NCBI GenBank assembly: GCA_964654965.1 | Contig: CAZZLF010000001.1 | Span: 1-35,424 of the forward strand | Length of the DNA: 35,424 nt | Direction of reading: 5' to 3' | DNA from: an uncultured Bdellovibrio sp. | Lineage (GTDB): Bacteria; Bdellovibrionota; UBA1018; CAIMNF01 | Translations under genes and position numbers: made by a program | In this document: one piece after another, positions 25,547 through 33,218 of the stretch | Layout: each line of letters starts with the position of its first letter | Numbering within the stretch: position 1 is the stretch's first letter | Notes under the pieces: model-generated | Databases searched by the model: none | Seen by the model: only the letters and a program-made list of their open reading frames with translations | Told to the model about the DNA's origin: nothing

Positions 25547-25713
25547 TTCTTAAAGTATTTAGGGTATTTCTTAGCTTTTTTGTCTGCTTGGTCGGTTAGT
25601 AGCTTGATATGCTTGATTAATGGCTTCCCGTCTTTATCGTAGCACGCCGCAAGTATTATGTCTGGAATGCCGCCGAGTAGTGCTTTCACTGCTTGGGCTT
25701 CTTTGATGGTCAT
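25543..25713 (-). CDS. Small protein (56 aa), below the track cutoff
   Basis: Hand translation gives MTIKEAQAVKALLGGIPDIILAACYDKDGKPLIKHIKLLTDQADKKAKKYPKYFKK. It has a TAATG overlap upstream and an ATGA overlap downstream. Confidence 0.45.
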   Translation of the reverse strand: MTIKEAQAVKALLGGIPDIILAACYDKDGKPLIKHIKLLTDQADKKAKKYPKYFKK

Positions 25714-26486
25714 TATGTAAAAAGTTGATGTTGTTGCTTATTCAATACATTGGCTATAGCATCTTTGTAGAATTGCTTCTTTATCTCAAATCCATATGCT
25801 TTACGCTCTAAGTTTGAAGCAGCTAATAAAGTACTACCAGACCCAGCGCAAGGGTCAATAACTACGTCGCCCTTATCCGTGAATATTCTTATCAAATCCT
25901 CCAACAACCTGACAGGCTTTTGAGTAGGGTGTATTTTTGGCGTAGTACTATCTTTTGTATAGTCAAAACAATTAAACACCATTTTCCCGCCATTGTTAAA
26001 TTTTGGAAGTTTATCACGGTATAGCAAAACAGCATACTCGCAATTACCTACTACACGCATGTTAGCCTTTAGTACCTGTGCTGAAAAGTTCTTTCTGAAT
26101 ACAAGATTTATATAACGGTTTAGGCCGTATTTAGGTGCTTTTTGTATCAATTCAAATTGCTGTTCAAACTCACAGAATACAATCATGCATGGCGCTTTAC
26201 CTGTTTCTTTCGGCTCTTTTATCAGCATGGTAGAGCAGAAATGCAAAAACTCTGTTATTCTAAAATCTTTGTCCGTATCAAAAAACTCTTTGCCTGCCAA
26301 TTCACTTTCGCCGTTAGAATTGTCGCCATCTACATACCATGACGGGTTGGAACCATATGCATCTTTTCCGATATTGTATGGAATATCAGCAATTATTAGT
26401 TGCGCCTTTGGAATATTGTAAGGCTTATAGTTCTGAAAGTGGTCGTTTATTAAAACTGGCTTATAAATCTTTTGCATTTCTGGCAC
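25713..26486 (-). CDS. DNA N6-adenine/N4-cytosine methyltransferase (beta class, DIPY variant)
   Basis: IADIPYNIG is motif IV. HPTQKPVRLLEDLI and VIDPCAGSGSTLLAA are the motif I region. Confidence 0.85.
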   Translation of the reverse strand: MPEMQKIYKPVLINDHFQNYKPYNIPKAQLIIADIPYNIGKDAYGSNPSWYVDGDNSNGESELAGKEFFDTDKDFRITEFLHFCSTMLIKEPKETGKAPCMIVFCEFEQQFELIQKAPKYGLNRYINLVFRKNFSAQVLKANMRVVGNCEYAVLLYRDKLPKFNNGGKMVFNCFDYTKDSTTPKIHPTQKPVRLLEDLIRIFTDKGDVVIDPCAGSGSTLLAASNLERKAYGFEIKKQFYKDAIANVLNKQQHQLFT

Positions 26487-26505
26487 GCTTTTTGGTTAGT
26501 AATAG

Positions 26506-26703
26506 TTATGGTTGTTCTTGTTTCTTCGGTTGGTACGGCGGCACTTTGTACCATGCAACGGGGATTATCTGCCCTATATGTTCGTTTATCCAGATACCAC
26601 GAACTAAGTCAGCGTATAGTATATCGTCGCTAATTTCTATTGACACAGGAACAGTGTGATAATCTTTAGGCAGTTCGCAGCCTGGTTCTATGTCTATCCA
26701 CAT
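26506..26703 (-). CDS. Hypothetical protein (DUF551-like)
   Basis: 65 aa. Confidence 0.4.
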   Translation of the reverse strand: MWIDIEPGCELPKDYHTVPVSIEISDDILYADLVRGIWINEHIGQIIPVAWYKVPPYQPKKQEQP

Positions 26704-26714
26704 GGTTGTTAGTT

Positions 26715-27035
26715 TTAGTCTTCGTAAATGCTAAGTGTTTCGTTCACCGGTTCGCAGTGGATGTTACCGTTCACCACAGCGGAGTTGTCAAAGTCGTATG
26801 GGTGGGGTGTGCCGGATACTTCTTTGTAGATGCGTATGTTTCTGCTTGACGATTCGTTCTCTGTGTCAAATACCCCATCTTCCGTAAATGAATGAAGCAG
26901 CCCCTTAATTCGGACAACTATTGGGTAAATTAGTATTGGATTTTTGAGTATTATTTCTTGGCTAATACGCCCACACCCATCTTTCACCCTAAGCGTCGGG
27001 TCTGCTTTCAGTTGGTCGTATAATGTTTGGCTCAT
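26715..27035 (-). CDS. Hypothetical protein
   Basis: 106 aa. Confidence 0.5.
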   Translation of the reverse strand: MSQTLYDQLKADPTLRVKDGCGRISQEIILKNPILIYPIVVRIKGLLHSFTEDGVFDTENESSSRNIRIYKEVSGTPHPYDFDNSAVVNGNIHCEPVNETLSIYED

Positions 27036-27056
27036 GTTTTATCGTTTTTAGTGGTT

Positions 27057-27084
27057 AAAAAAGCCAGCCTGAGAACAGGCCAGC
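27057..27084 (-). terminator. Intrinsic terminator inside the early operon
   Basis: In the minus sense, GCUGGCCUG-uucu-CAGGCUGGC forms 9 bp (two G-U pairs) followed by U6. It lies between the exonuclease stop (27104) and the next start (27035). Confidence 0.5.
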
Positions 27085-27103
27085 ACCTGTTGAAAAGAAT
27101 TAT

Positions 27104-27928
27104 TTAGTTTTTGAATAGTTCAGATTGCGCCGCACCGGTTTTCTCCGCCTCCCACTGCTTTTCAAGCTGCGCCAGTTCCTCACGGGCTGCCTGTGCTTTT
27201 GGGTTATATGCTGCATACATTTTATCCTTATGCTCTGGCATCAAATAGTCATATAGGTTTATCCCATCAGCCTCGGCTAAATTTTGATACATTTCCCACG
27301 CTTTAGCTACCTGCTGTAGTATCAGTTCAATATCAGCATCGTTTCGCTCAATGACCTTTTCAAAATACCCACCATTGCCTATTTTTATCCTTTTGTCATA
27401 GCTAACAAATAACCCGTTTGTTAACTTAGTAAGCATCATGTTATTCTGCATCTGCCAGTACAGTTCAGGATACTTTTTGCGCATTGTAACAGCATCTTTG
27501 GCAGCGGAAATATTCTTGTATTGCTCGGCAGTATTAGCAGGGCATTTTATCTCTACCATATGGTTTATACCATGCTTCACAATAACCCCGTCTGGGGAAC
27601 CCCCTAAGTAGAAATATGTTGGGTGTAGTATAAATTCGCAATCCATCATGTCGCATCCGTTACGTTGCTCCATTTCCAGCTTTGCCAATGGCTCATTTTC
27701 GTTACCCCAATCCAGCGCCCAAGACTTTATTTCTTTAGCAATACCCGTGGTAAATTCTGCGTATTTTTCATACACATATGTTTTTGCGGTGTCTGACAAT
27801 TCGTCGTTTACGCCAAGAGATTTAACCCCCATCAGCTTATGTATTTCGCTGCTTGTAAACCGGCCTATCCTTGCCATAAACCATTCGTTTGTTTGCTGTG
27901 CTGTCCAGCTATTATCAGGTGCGTTCAT
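27104..27928 (-). CDS. YqaJ-type (lambda Exo-like) recombination exonuclease
   Basis: RIGRFTSSEIHKLMG, GGSPDG and VEIKCP are the PD-(D/E)xK motifs of the YqaJ family. Confidence 0.85.
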   Translation of the reverse strand: MNAPDNSWTAQQTNEWFMARIGRFTSSEIHKLMGVKSLGVNDELSDTAKTYVYEKYAEFTTGIAKEIKSWALDWGNENEPLAKLEMEQRNGCDMMDCEFILHPTYFYLGGSPDGVIVKHGINHMVEIKCPANTAEQYKNISAAKDAVTMRKKYPELYWQMQNNMMLTKLTNGLFVSYDKRIKIGNGGYFEKVIERNDADIELILQQVAKAWEMYQNLAEADGINLYDYLMPEHKDKMYAAYNPKAQAAREELAQLEKQWEAEKTGAAQSELFKN

Positions 27929-27930
27929 GG

Positions 27931-28521
27931 CTATTCTTGGACTTTAAATTGAGACCTTACCTTTTCATCAAATACAGGTGATGTATATCCAGCTTGTTCT
28001 AAGTCGTAGATGTTACCACCAAATATGTCACCAAATTTTTCAGCGGCATTTTTCAGCGCATAGCTTTCAGCGGCAGGTAATCCCAATTGAATAGCGTTTG
28101 ATTTTATAGCGGACAAATCACCTTGTGTTGCTCCCTTATCCATTTGTATAGCTGCTGCACCGCACCCATCTTGCGCCCATTCTTCACCTGTTATTGGGTT
28201 TACTACTGTAAGCGTTCCTGTCACGTACACGGCATTAAGCATTTGCCCTACGTTCTTTATTTCCCACTTGTATTTCCCAAAAATCCTGTTAAGCAAATAC
28301 TTAACTTTCTTTACAGATATGTATGGAAGCGGAACAGATTTCCCGTCAATTTTTATGTTGACCAAAGGGTGCTGCTTAATCCATTTTTGCGGCACAGGGG
28401 TATTTAAAATGATGTTCAAATCATCTTGCTTAATTCTTTCTATTGCCACATCGTCATTTAGCAATTCAGAAAGCACAGGGAGCTTGTGCGGTGTTATAGT
28501 TGTAATAGATTTTTCTGTCAT
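27931..28521 (-). CDS. Single-strand annealing protein, Rad52/Sak-like
   Basis: DGCGAAAIQ...AESYALKNAAEKFGDIFGGNIY resembles the Rad52/Sak signature (..A.tDAlKRaa..fG.G..LY). It lies next to the exonuclease. Confidence 0.5.
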   Translation of the reverse strand: MTEKSITTITPHKLPVLSELLNDDVAIERIKQDDLNIILNTPVPQKWIKQHPLVNIKIDGKSVPLPYISVKKVKYLLNRIFGKYKWEIKNVGQMLNAVYVTGTLTVVNPITGEEWAQDGCGAAAIQMDKGATQGDLSAIKSNAIQLGLPAAESYALKNAAEKFGDIFGGNIYDLEQAGYTSPVFDEKVRSQFKVQE

Positions 28522-28532
28522 TTTATGCTGCT

Positions 28533-28709
28533 TTAATAGTTTTGTTCGTGTATGTATTCGTTCATTTCTTTGAGTGCTTCACGTTCACCCGCTGTTGGGC
28601 GTGGCCTGTACCCGTACTGCCATTTCGGACGCTCTTCTTTTTCCGGTTTATCTCCCGGCACATGCCACACGCCAGTTTCGGTGTCGTAAATCATTGTTGT
28701 ATCGTCCAT
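28533..28709 (-). CDS. Small protein (58 aa), below the track cutoff
   Basis: Hand translation gives MDDTTMIYDTETGVWHVPGDKPEKEERPKWQYGYRPRPTAGEREALKEMNEYIHEQNY. TAATG overlap with the ATPase stop. Confidence 0.45.
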   Translation of the reverse strand: MDDTTMIYDTETGVWHVPGDKPEKEERPKWQYGYRPRPTAGEREALKEMNEYIHEQNY

Positions 28710-30070
28710 TAAGATTCGATTAACTGATACTGAATGTCGCCTCCATCGAAATCAGGACGCTCAATTAAAAGCTGTAAATCGTTCTTTTGCGCCCAATCTT
28801 GTATTTCTGAAAGGCTGTTCCGGTCAAGGTATGATGCGTCAAAATACAGGCTCTTTACTTCGCCTAAATTCATTGCCCCAAACTGCAAGGCTGTGATGTA
28901 TAATTTTGAAGTAGATAGCTGTGTCTTATCAAGAGGTAGACCATTTACTGTTATCCCATCATCCGTTATCATTACGCCGTCAGGTAACTTAGCAGATGCG
29001 ATAAGGTCTTTTCTTTCCTGCTCAATGGCCTTAACTACTCCGTCCGCATCTTCTGCTTTACGCTTCAATTCGTCAACATTCTTTACCTGCTCCAAATATT
29101 GTTTGTAGGAGTTGGCTTTTACGTTAGTGTCAGATGCAGATAATATTTCAGCGTCTATCTTGTCAAGTTCTGACCTGTCGGGCATAGGGTCTTTATATTC
29201 TGGCTCGGCTGGTATGTTAAAAACCTTTGCTTGCGGCAATTGATACGCTGTATCTCTCCACTTATATAGTTCATCTGTACCTCCATAGCCAAAAGCCATT
29301 AACTGAGAAATTGCGCCTCCAATAATTTCCCTTTCATGCGCAACATTAGCTACTGTTTTTTCGTACTCTGATTTTTCTGAATTTATACGGCTACATTCCT
29401 CTTTCCATTGCGCTTCCACTTCTTTATTATGCGCCACATTTTTGCTATATTCAGCATTTAACTCATTGCGTAGCTGTTCTTTTTTTGCAGTCAGCACATC
29501 AAGCGTAACAGGTTCAACCTTTTCAGGCTTACCCATTGATTCAAGTCGTGATTTTTCACGGTCATAATCTGCATTCGCTGTAGTCCGTTCCGCATATGCT
29601 TTTTTGTATCTTGCATCAACATCTGTGCAGTCAATGCCAAAAGCCTGTTGCAACTGTGCCGCCTGTTGTTTAGGCTGTGATTGCAGGAACTTGTCAATGT
29701 CGAATGTTGGCGGGAAATATCGTGCTGCTATCTCTCTTGTAACCGCAGACTTTATATTTTCCTTTGTGAAAAAAGTAAGTTTTTCCTTGCCCTTTGCGTC
29801 GAACTCCCATACAAACCGGCAGCCGTCAGTAAGCACTAATTCGCCCTTGCCTGATTCTTCACCCTGCTTTACTATCAACTCTGGCTTTATGCCTCTGATA
29901 CGGTCAGTAATGCCACGTAGAAGTGATGTTTTACCTTTGTTGTTCCCTGCTGTAACAATAGCAGTACATCCGTTGAAATCTGCGGTGAACATATCAACCG
30001 CTTTGAAGTTTGTAATTGTGATTGTTTTTATTTTAGACATTTTATTTTGTTTTGCTGCCAACATTGGCAC
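28709..30070 (-). CDS. SMC/RecF/SbcC-like ATPase with a central coiled coil
   Basis: ITITNFKAV...VTAGNNKGKTSLL is an SMC-type N-terminus with Walker A. It has a long coiled-coil middle and LQLLIERPD (Walker B-like) at the C-terminus. Confidence 0.7.
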   Translation of the reverse strand: MPMLAAKQNKMSKIKTITITNFKAVDMFTADFNGCTAIVTAGNNKGKTSLLRGITDRIRGIKPELIVKQGEESGKGELVLTDGCRFVWEFDAKGKEKLTFFTKENIKSAVTREIAARYFPPTFDIDKFLQSQPKQQAAQLQQAFGIDCTDVDARYKKAYAERTTANADYDREKSRLESMGKPEKVEPVTLDVLTAKKEQLRNELNAEYSKNVAHNKEVEAQWKEECSRINSEKSEYEKTVANVAHEREIIGGAISQLMAFGYGGTDELYKWRDTAYQLPQAKVFNIPAEPEYKDPMPDRSELDKIDAEILSASDTNVKANSYKQYLEQVKNVDELKRKAEDADGVVKAIEQERKDLIASAKLPDGVMITDDGITVNGLPLDKTQLSTSKLYITALQFGAMNLGEVKSLYFDASYLDRNSLSEIQDWAQKNDLQLLIERPDFDGGDIQYQLIES

Positions 30071-30097
30071 GGTTATTGGATATTAGTTGTTATGAAA

Positions 30098-30316
30098 TCA
30101 GCATCCACTAAAACGCAAATCTTCAGGCTCGTCTGTCGTGTTGGGAGTGGATGCAATCGGTATGGTGCGGAGATGCAGGCAATAGTCGCCGTAAGCGTTA
30201 AGAGCATCAGTGTAAGAAGCAATACCGCTGTGGTAGTTGCGGACAATGCGTAACAGTCTGTTACACTCTGCGTGCCACTTAATAGTGTCGTCGATAAATT
30301 GTGGTGTCGGTAGCAT
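30098..30316 (-). CDS. Hypothetical protein
   Basis: 72 aa. Confidence 0.5.
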   Translation of the reverse strand: MLPTPQFIDDTIKWHAECNRLLRIVRNYHSGIASYTDALNAYGDYCLHLRTIPIASTPNTTDEPEDLRFSGC

Positions 30317-30318
30317 TG

Positions 30319-30747
30319 TTATGGATTTAGTAGTTCAGGGTTTTCGTCGATGTTGCCTTTTACGGTTATATACTTCATTAATTTTTCAAAATGATTGTGA
30401 TTTGAAAACGGTTGAAACTCTCCATAATACATATATCCAAACCCACCTTTTTTGAAAACAACTTCACATAGGGAATCTGTAAACAATGTCACCACATCCC
30501 CCTCGTAAATCTCCTTGCCGTTCCATTCAGATGCGCTCTTACCTTGAGCCATAAAGTTTTCTCTTTCCAACTCTGTTAGTGATTCCCACTTTGTACAGTC
30601 ATATAAACCAGTCCATTGCATAACATTGTCGTGGTGTTTCAGAATGTGCGCAGATGCAACTTTTATTGTATCATGCCTACTATCTTCAGGATAGCGCATT
30701 TCTTTTGTGGATTCATCCCACGCCCTAAATTTGATTTCTCTGTTCAT
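30319..30747 (-). CDS. YopX-family protein
   Basis: MNREIKFRAWDESTKEM is the canonical YopX start. The track ORF extends to 30921, but that extension is better explained by two mini-ORFs. Confidence 0.75.
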   Translation of the reverse strand: MNREIKFRAWDESTKEMRYPEDSRHDTIKVASAHILKHHDNVMQWTGLYDCTKWESLTELERENFMAQGKSASEWNGKEIYEGDVVTLFTDSLCEVVFKKGGFGYMYYGEFQPFSNHNHFEKLMKYITVKGNIDENPELLNP

Positions 30748-30749
30748 TG

Positions 30750-30857
30750 TTATTTTTCGTTTCTTATTTTGGTTAATGCGAAGTATATAATTAGGCCTAC
30801 AACTCCAGAAAGCCACGCCCAACCATAAGGACATATTTTTGTAAGTGCCTCTAACAT
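30750..30857 (-). CDS. Mini membrane protein (35 aa)
   Basis: Hand translation gives MLEALTKICPYGWAWLSGVVGLIIYFALTKIRNEK. Its start overlaps the stop of the upstream mini-ORF, and its stop lies 2 nt before the YopX ATG. Confidence 0.4.
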   Translation of the reverse strand: MLEALTKICPYGWAWLSGVVGLIIYFALTKIRNEK

Positions 30858-30994
30858 TGCTTATCGTATTTACAGTTTTGAACCCACCGTGCCGCAAACA
30901 GTACAATTGCGACGAAAGCAAAGGCGGGTAATAGTATTTGTGCTGGTGCTGGCGATGACCTCTGAAAGTTGCTAAATGCCTCTATCGCTCGCAT
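30851..30994 (-). CDS. Mini membrane protein (47 aa)
   Basis: Hand translation gives MRAIEAFSNFQRSSPAPAQILLPAFAFVAIVLFAARWVQNCKYDKQC. It starts 3 nt after the upstream stop. Confidence 0.4.
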   Translation of the reverse strand: MRAIEAFSNFQRSSPAPAQILLPAFAFVAIVLFAARWVQNCKYDKQC

Positions 30995-30997
30995 GGG

Positions 30998-31186
30998 TTA
31001 GGAGTTATTTGATGTTATTTTTTTGTAGGCATTCATTAAGTAAAAAGCGGCATCTGAGCATGTTGCACCATGTGTGTATGCTGAAGTATCTTCTTCTGTT
31101 ACTATTGCCACTATTACCATTTCTTGGTCTAATGCCTTATCTAAAAGCTCATGTAGTTTCTTTCTTTGGGTTTCTGTTACTGTCAT
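30998..31186 (-). CDS. Hypothetical protein
   Basis: 62 aa. Confidence 0.5.
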   Translation of the reverse strand: MTVTETQRKKLHELLDKALDQEMVIVAIVTEEDTSAYTHGATCSDAAFYLMNAYKKITSNNS

Positions 31187-31219
31187 ACCTATGTATTTTA
31201 TTTGAGTAAGTTTTTATAA

Positions 31220-31417
31220 TCAGTTTTCACGGTTTAAGGTGAACAGGTCGATTTCATTGTTGATGGACATAATCAGGTACATTGAATTATCCGCTTTATG
31301 TAGCTCTCCTGACTTTAGATACACGTCAATTAATTGAGAGTTCACGTTGCGCAATTCAATTAAATTTCGTGTGAAAAAATCTGCGTCAACAAGGTTTCCT
31401 GTGTTATCAACTTTCAT
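31220..31417 (-). CDS. Hypothetical protein
   Basis: 65 aa. Confidence 0.5.
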   Translation of the reverse strand: MKVDNTGNLVDADFFTRNLIELRNVNSQLIDVYLKSGELHKADNSMYLIMSINNEIDLFTLNREN

Positions 31418-31427
31418 TGCCGTTGTT

Positions 31428-31568
31428 TTAAGAGTTATACCAATTAGTGTTTTCGTCGTCGGACAGTTCGTTGAAAAACCGGATAGCCTGGACTATCACG
31501 TATAAGCAGAACGGCACAGCCAATACTGCGAATGCGATTACTACTTTTGCTTTGTCTTGTGGTGTCAT
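31428..31568 (-). CDS. Mini membrane protein (46 aa)
   Basis: Hand translation gives MTPQDKAKVVIAFAVLAVPFCLYVIVQAIRFFNELSDDENTNWYNS. It starts 1 nt after the upstream mini-ORF stop. Confidence 0.4.
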   Translation of the reverse strand: MTPQDKAKVVIAFAVLAVPFCLYVIVQAIRFFNELSDDENTNWYNS

Positions 31569-31569
31569 A

Positions 31570-31704
31570 TTAGTGTATTGAGTTTACTGCGTTAAAAACA
31601 ACGAAAAGCATAACGACCGCTATTGCACCTAACAGATACCACCAGTCAGGCATGGGGTCATAAATGATTACTCTTAGTCCGTTAAATTTGATTACCCGTT
31701 TCAT
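31570..31704 (-). CDS. Mini membrane protein (44 aa)
   Basis: Hand translation gives MKRVIKFNGLRVIIYDPMPDWWYLLGAIAVVMLFVVFNAVNSIH. Confidence 0.4.
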   Translation of the reverse strand: MKRVIKFNGLRVIIYDPMPDWWYLLGAIAVVMLFVVFNAVNSIH

Positions 31705-31756
31705 GTTATGGTGATTAATTGGTGACTTGTTACGGGTTTATTTTTACTTAGTGTTG

Positions 31757-31868
31757 TTCCGGGTCCAGGAATCGAACCTGAATTATGGCATTGTGCTACT
31801 CCTCAAAACTTAATTCTACCGATACACAAACTTTAAAATCCATTACATAACCATTCCGCCACCCCGGA
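31757..31868 (-). tRNA. Atypical 112-nt tRNA-like gene (its 3' two-thirds resemble a class II tRNA-Leu with anticodon UAA)
   Basis: In the minus sense, the acceptor stem UCCGGGG/ACCCGGA has 6 bp and one G-A mismatch. U8-G9 and GCGGAAUGG resemble the Leu D region, and the T arm UCAGG-UUCGAUU-CCUGG is canonical. A candidate anticodon loop is AUUAAGU. About 28 extra AT-rich nt sit where the D stem should close. Confidence 0.45.
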
Positions 31869-31875
31869 AGTGAGG

Positions 31876-32307
31876 TTAATCTTCTATAATCGCCCAACCT
31901 TCTTTTACAGGGTCTAAACCCATGAACGGCAGGCAGTAACCTTTGCTGCGTAGGTAGTCGGTTGACCAAGTGTTAAAGTCAGATATGTGAAACACTAGCA
32001 TTTTCCCACTACGGCTGACAATAAAAGTTAAACATTCATTATCAGCACCGTATTCAACGCCTTCAACATCTGTGTTATTAGCAAGAGACTTCGCCACCTC
32101 GATAGCGTCCTCGTCCGTTATCTTGGACATGGAGCGGAGAATGAGCTTGTTCCACTTCCAATTAGTGCACAATTGGTCGGTTTTATCATGTAGTTTTCTT
32201 AAAAAATCCAAACTACATATACCATATTGAGGGAAATTTCCTGAAGGATAATCAATTAAAACTTTTGCCCCCAAGTGCGCCGCAAAGAATCTTAGTTTGT
32301 TGTTCAT
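31876..32307 (-). CDS. Hypothetical protein
   Basis: 143 aa. Its stop lies about 7 nt upstream of the tRNA-like gene. Confidence 0.55.
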   Translation of the reverse strand: MNNKLRFFAAHLGAKVLIDYPSGNFPQYGICSLDFLRKLHDKTDQLCTNWKWNKLILRSMSKITDEDAIEVAKSLANNTDVEGVEYGADNECLTFIVSRSGKMLVFHISDFNTWSTDYLRSKGYCLPFMGLDPVKEGWAIIED

Positions 32308-32308
32308 G

Positions 32309-32572
32309 CTATCTGTTTTTATACTTGTTGTACTCGATTACATTCACCTGCCAACGTGCGCCCTGCATCTTGAAAATCTTGCGGTAAGCCTCGATGTCTT
32401 GTTTCATTACCACATCCCGCATGTACTCGAACTGTCTTAGATTTAGGTTATTACGCTTCCTGAACTCAACCCCGCTTATCCAGTCGGACGTGACAGGACG
32501 TGCCTCCAACTGCCGCTGAACTTCACGCCGGATGTACGATTGTAGTTGCTTCTCTGTCAGGGTGAGCGTCAT
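32309..32572 (-). CDS. Small DNA-binding protein, possible excisionase-type HTH
   Basis: DWISGVEFRKRNNLNLRQFEYMRD loosely fits the HTH_17 / Xis pattern. This is a weak call. Confidence 0.3.
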   Translation of the reverse strand: MTLTLTEKQLQSYIRREVQRQLEARPVTSDWISGVEFRKRNNLNLRQFEYMRDVVMKQDIEAYRKIFKMQGARWQVNVIEYNKYKNR

Positions 32573-32575
32573 GGG

Positions 32576-32893
32576 TTATACAGTTTGTAAGTCTTTATCT
32601 TCAATTATTATATCAAGCTCAAAAACTTTATCTTTTGCTATCCCTACACTACTACCAAACAACTCCATAAAATGCCACATTTGGAAAGAGTGATGACCTT
32701 CGCTGTCCGCTTCCATTTTTACACTGTCAAGTGTTTTTAGGTGTTCTCTTAGAGTAGGAAAACCCAAAAGCGGTTTATTGAACTGCTCGCAGTAAACTTG
32801 TAAGCCGTAGTCAGTCAGCTTAACTTTTACATAATTATTAATGTTGAATTTGCGGTAACTCATCTTGGCACGATTTTTAGTGTGGTTAGGCAA
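32576..32893 (-). CDS. Hypothetical protein
   Basis: 105 aa. An alternative start lies at 32863. Confidence 0.5.
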   Translation of the reverse strand: MPNHTKNRAKMSYRKFNINNYVKVKLTDYGLQVYCEQFNKPLLGFPTLREHLKTLDSVKMEADSEGHHSFQMWHFMELFGSSVGIAKDKVFELDIIIEDKDLQTV

Positions 32894-33104
32894 CCTGTAA
32901 TTTTTCTATGTATGATTTCAAAGGATTCAGTACACGCATTGAACCGCTCTGCGTACCGTACACAATTGCCCTTATGTGAGATATTGAATAATTGTGCTTT
33001 GATGCAAAATTTACAATCCGGTCTTCAGTCATTAACGCCTTGTTTTCGGTTATGTACTTTGTTAGCTGCTCTTTCGCCTCTTTGCTATTCGCTGCTTTTA
33101 CCAT
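32886..33104 (-). CDS. Cro-like small regulator, first gene of the early leftward operon
   Basis: 72 aa, divergent from the repressor gene. SISHIRAIVYG is a plausible recognition helix. Confidence 0.4.
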   Translation of the reverse strand: MVKAANSKEAKEQLTKYITENKALMTEDRIVNFASKHNYSISHIRAIVYGTQSGSMRVLNPLKSYIEKLQVA

Positions 33105-33218
33105 ACTTTGTGTTGTTTTAACTATTAAATCAATTATTGTGACACAAATATAGCAACGGAATTTACAAAAAAGTCAACACGGTCAAGATATTTGTTTTTG
33201 CAATTTATAATATGTGTT
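33105..33218. promoter_or_regulatory. Divergent promoter and operator region of the lysis-lysogeny switch
   Basis: The palindrome TTGTGaCACAA (33137-33147) overlaps a minus-strand -7 box TATATTTG (complement of 33145-33152). The GTGTTG / CAACAC inverted pair lies at about 33109-33114 and about 33175-33180. Confidence 0.45.

Noticed and set aside
30748-30921. N-terminal extension of the YopX ORF (track 30319-30921)
   Set aside because: YopX proteins start at MNREIKFRAWD (ATG 30747). The upstream region is better explained by two coupled mini membrane ORFs in other frames.
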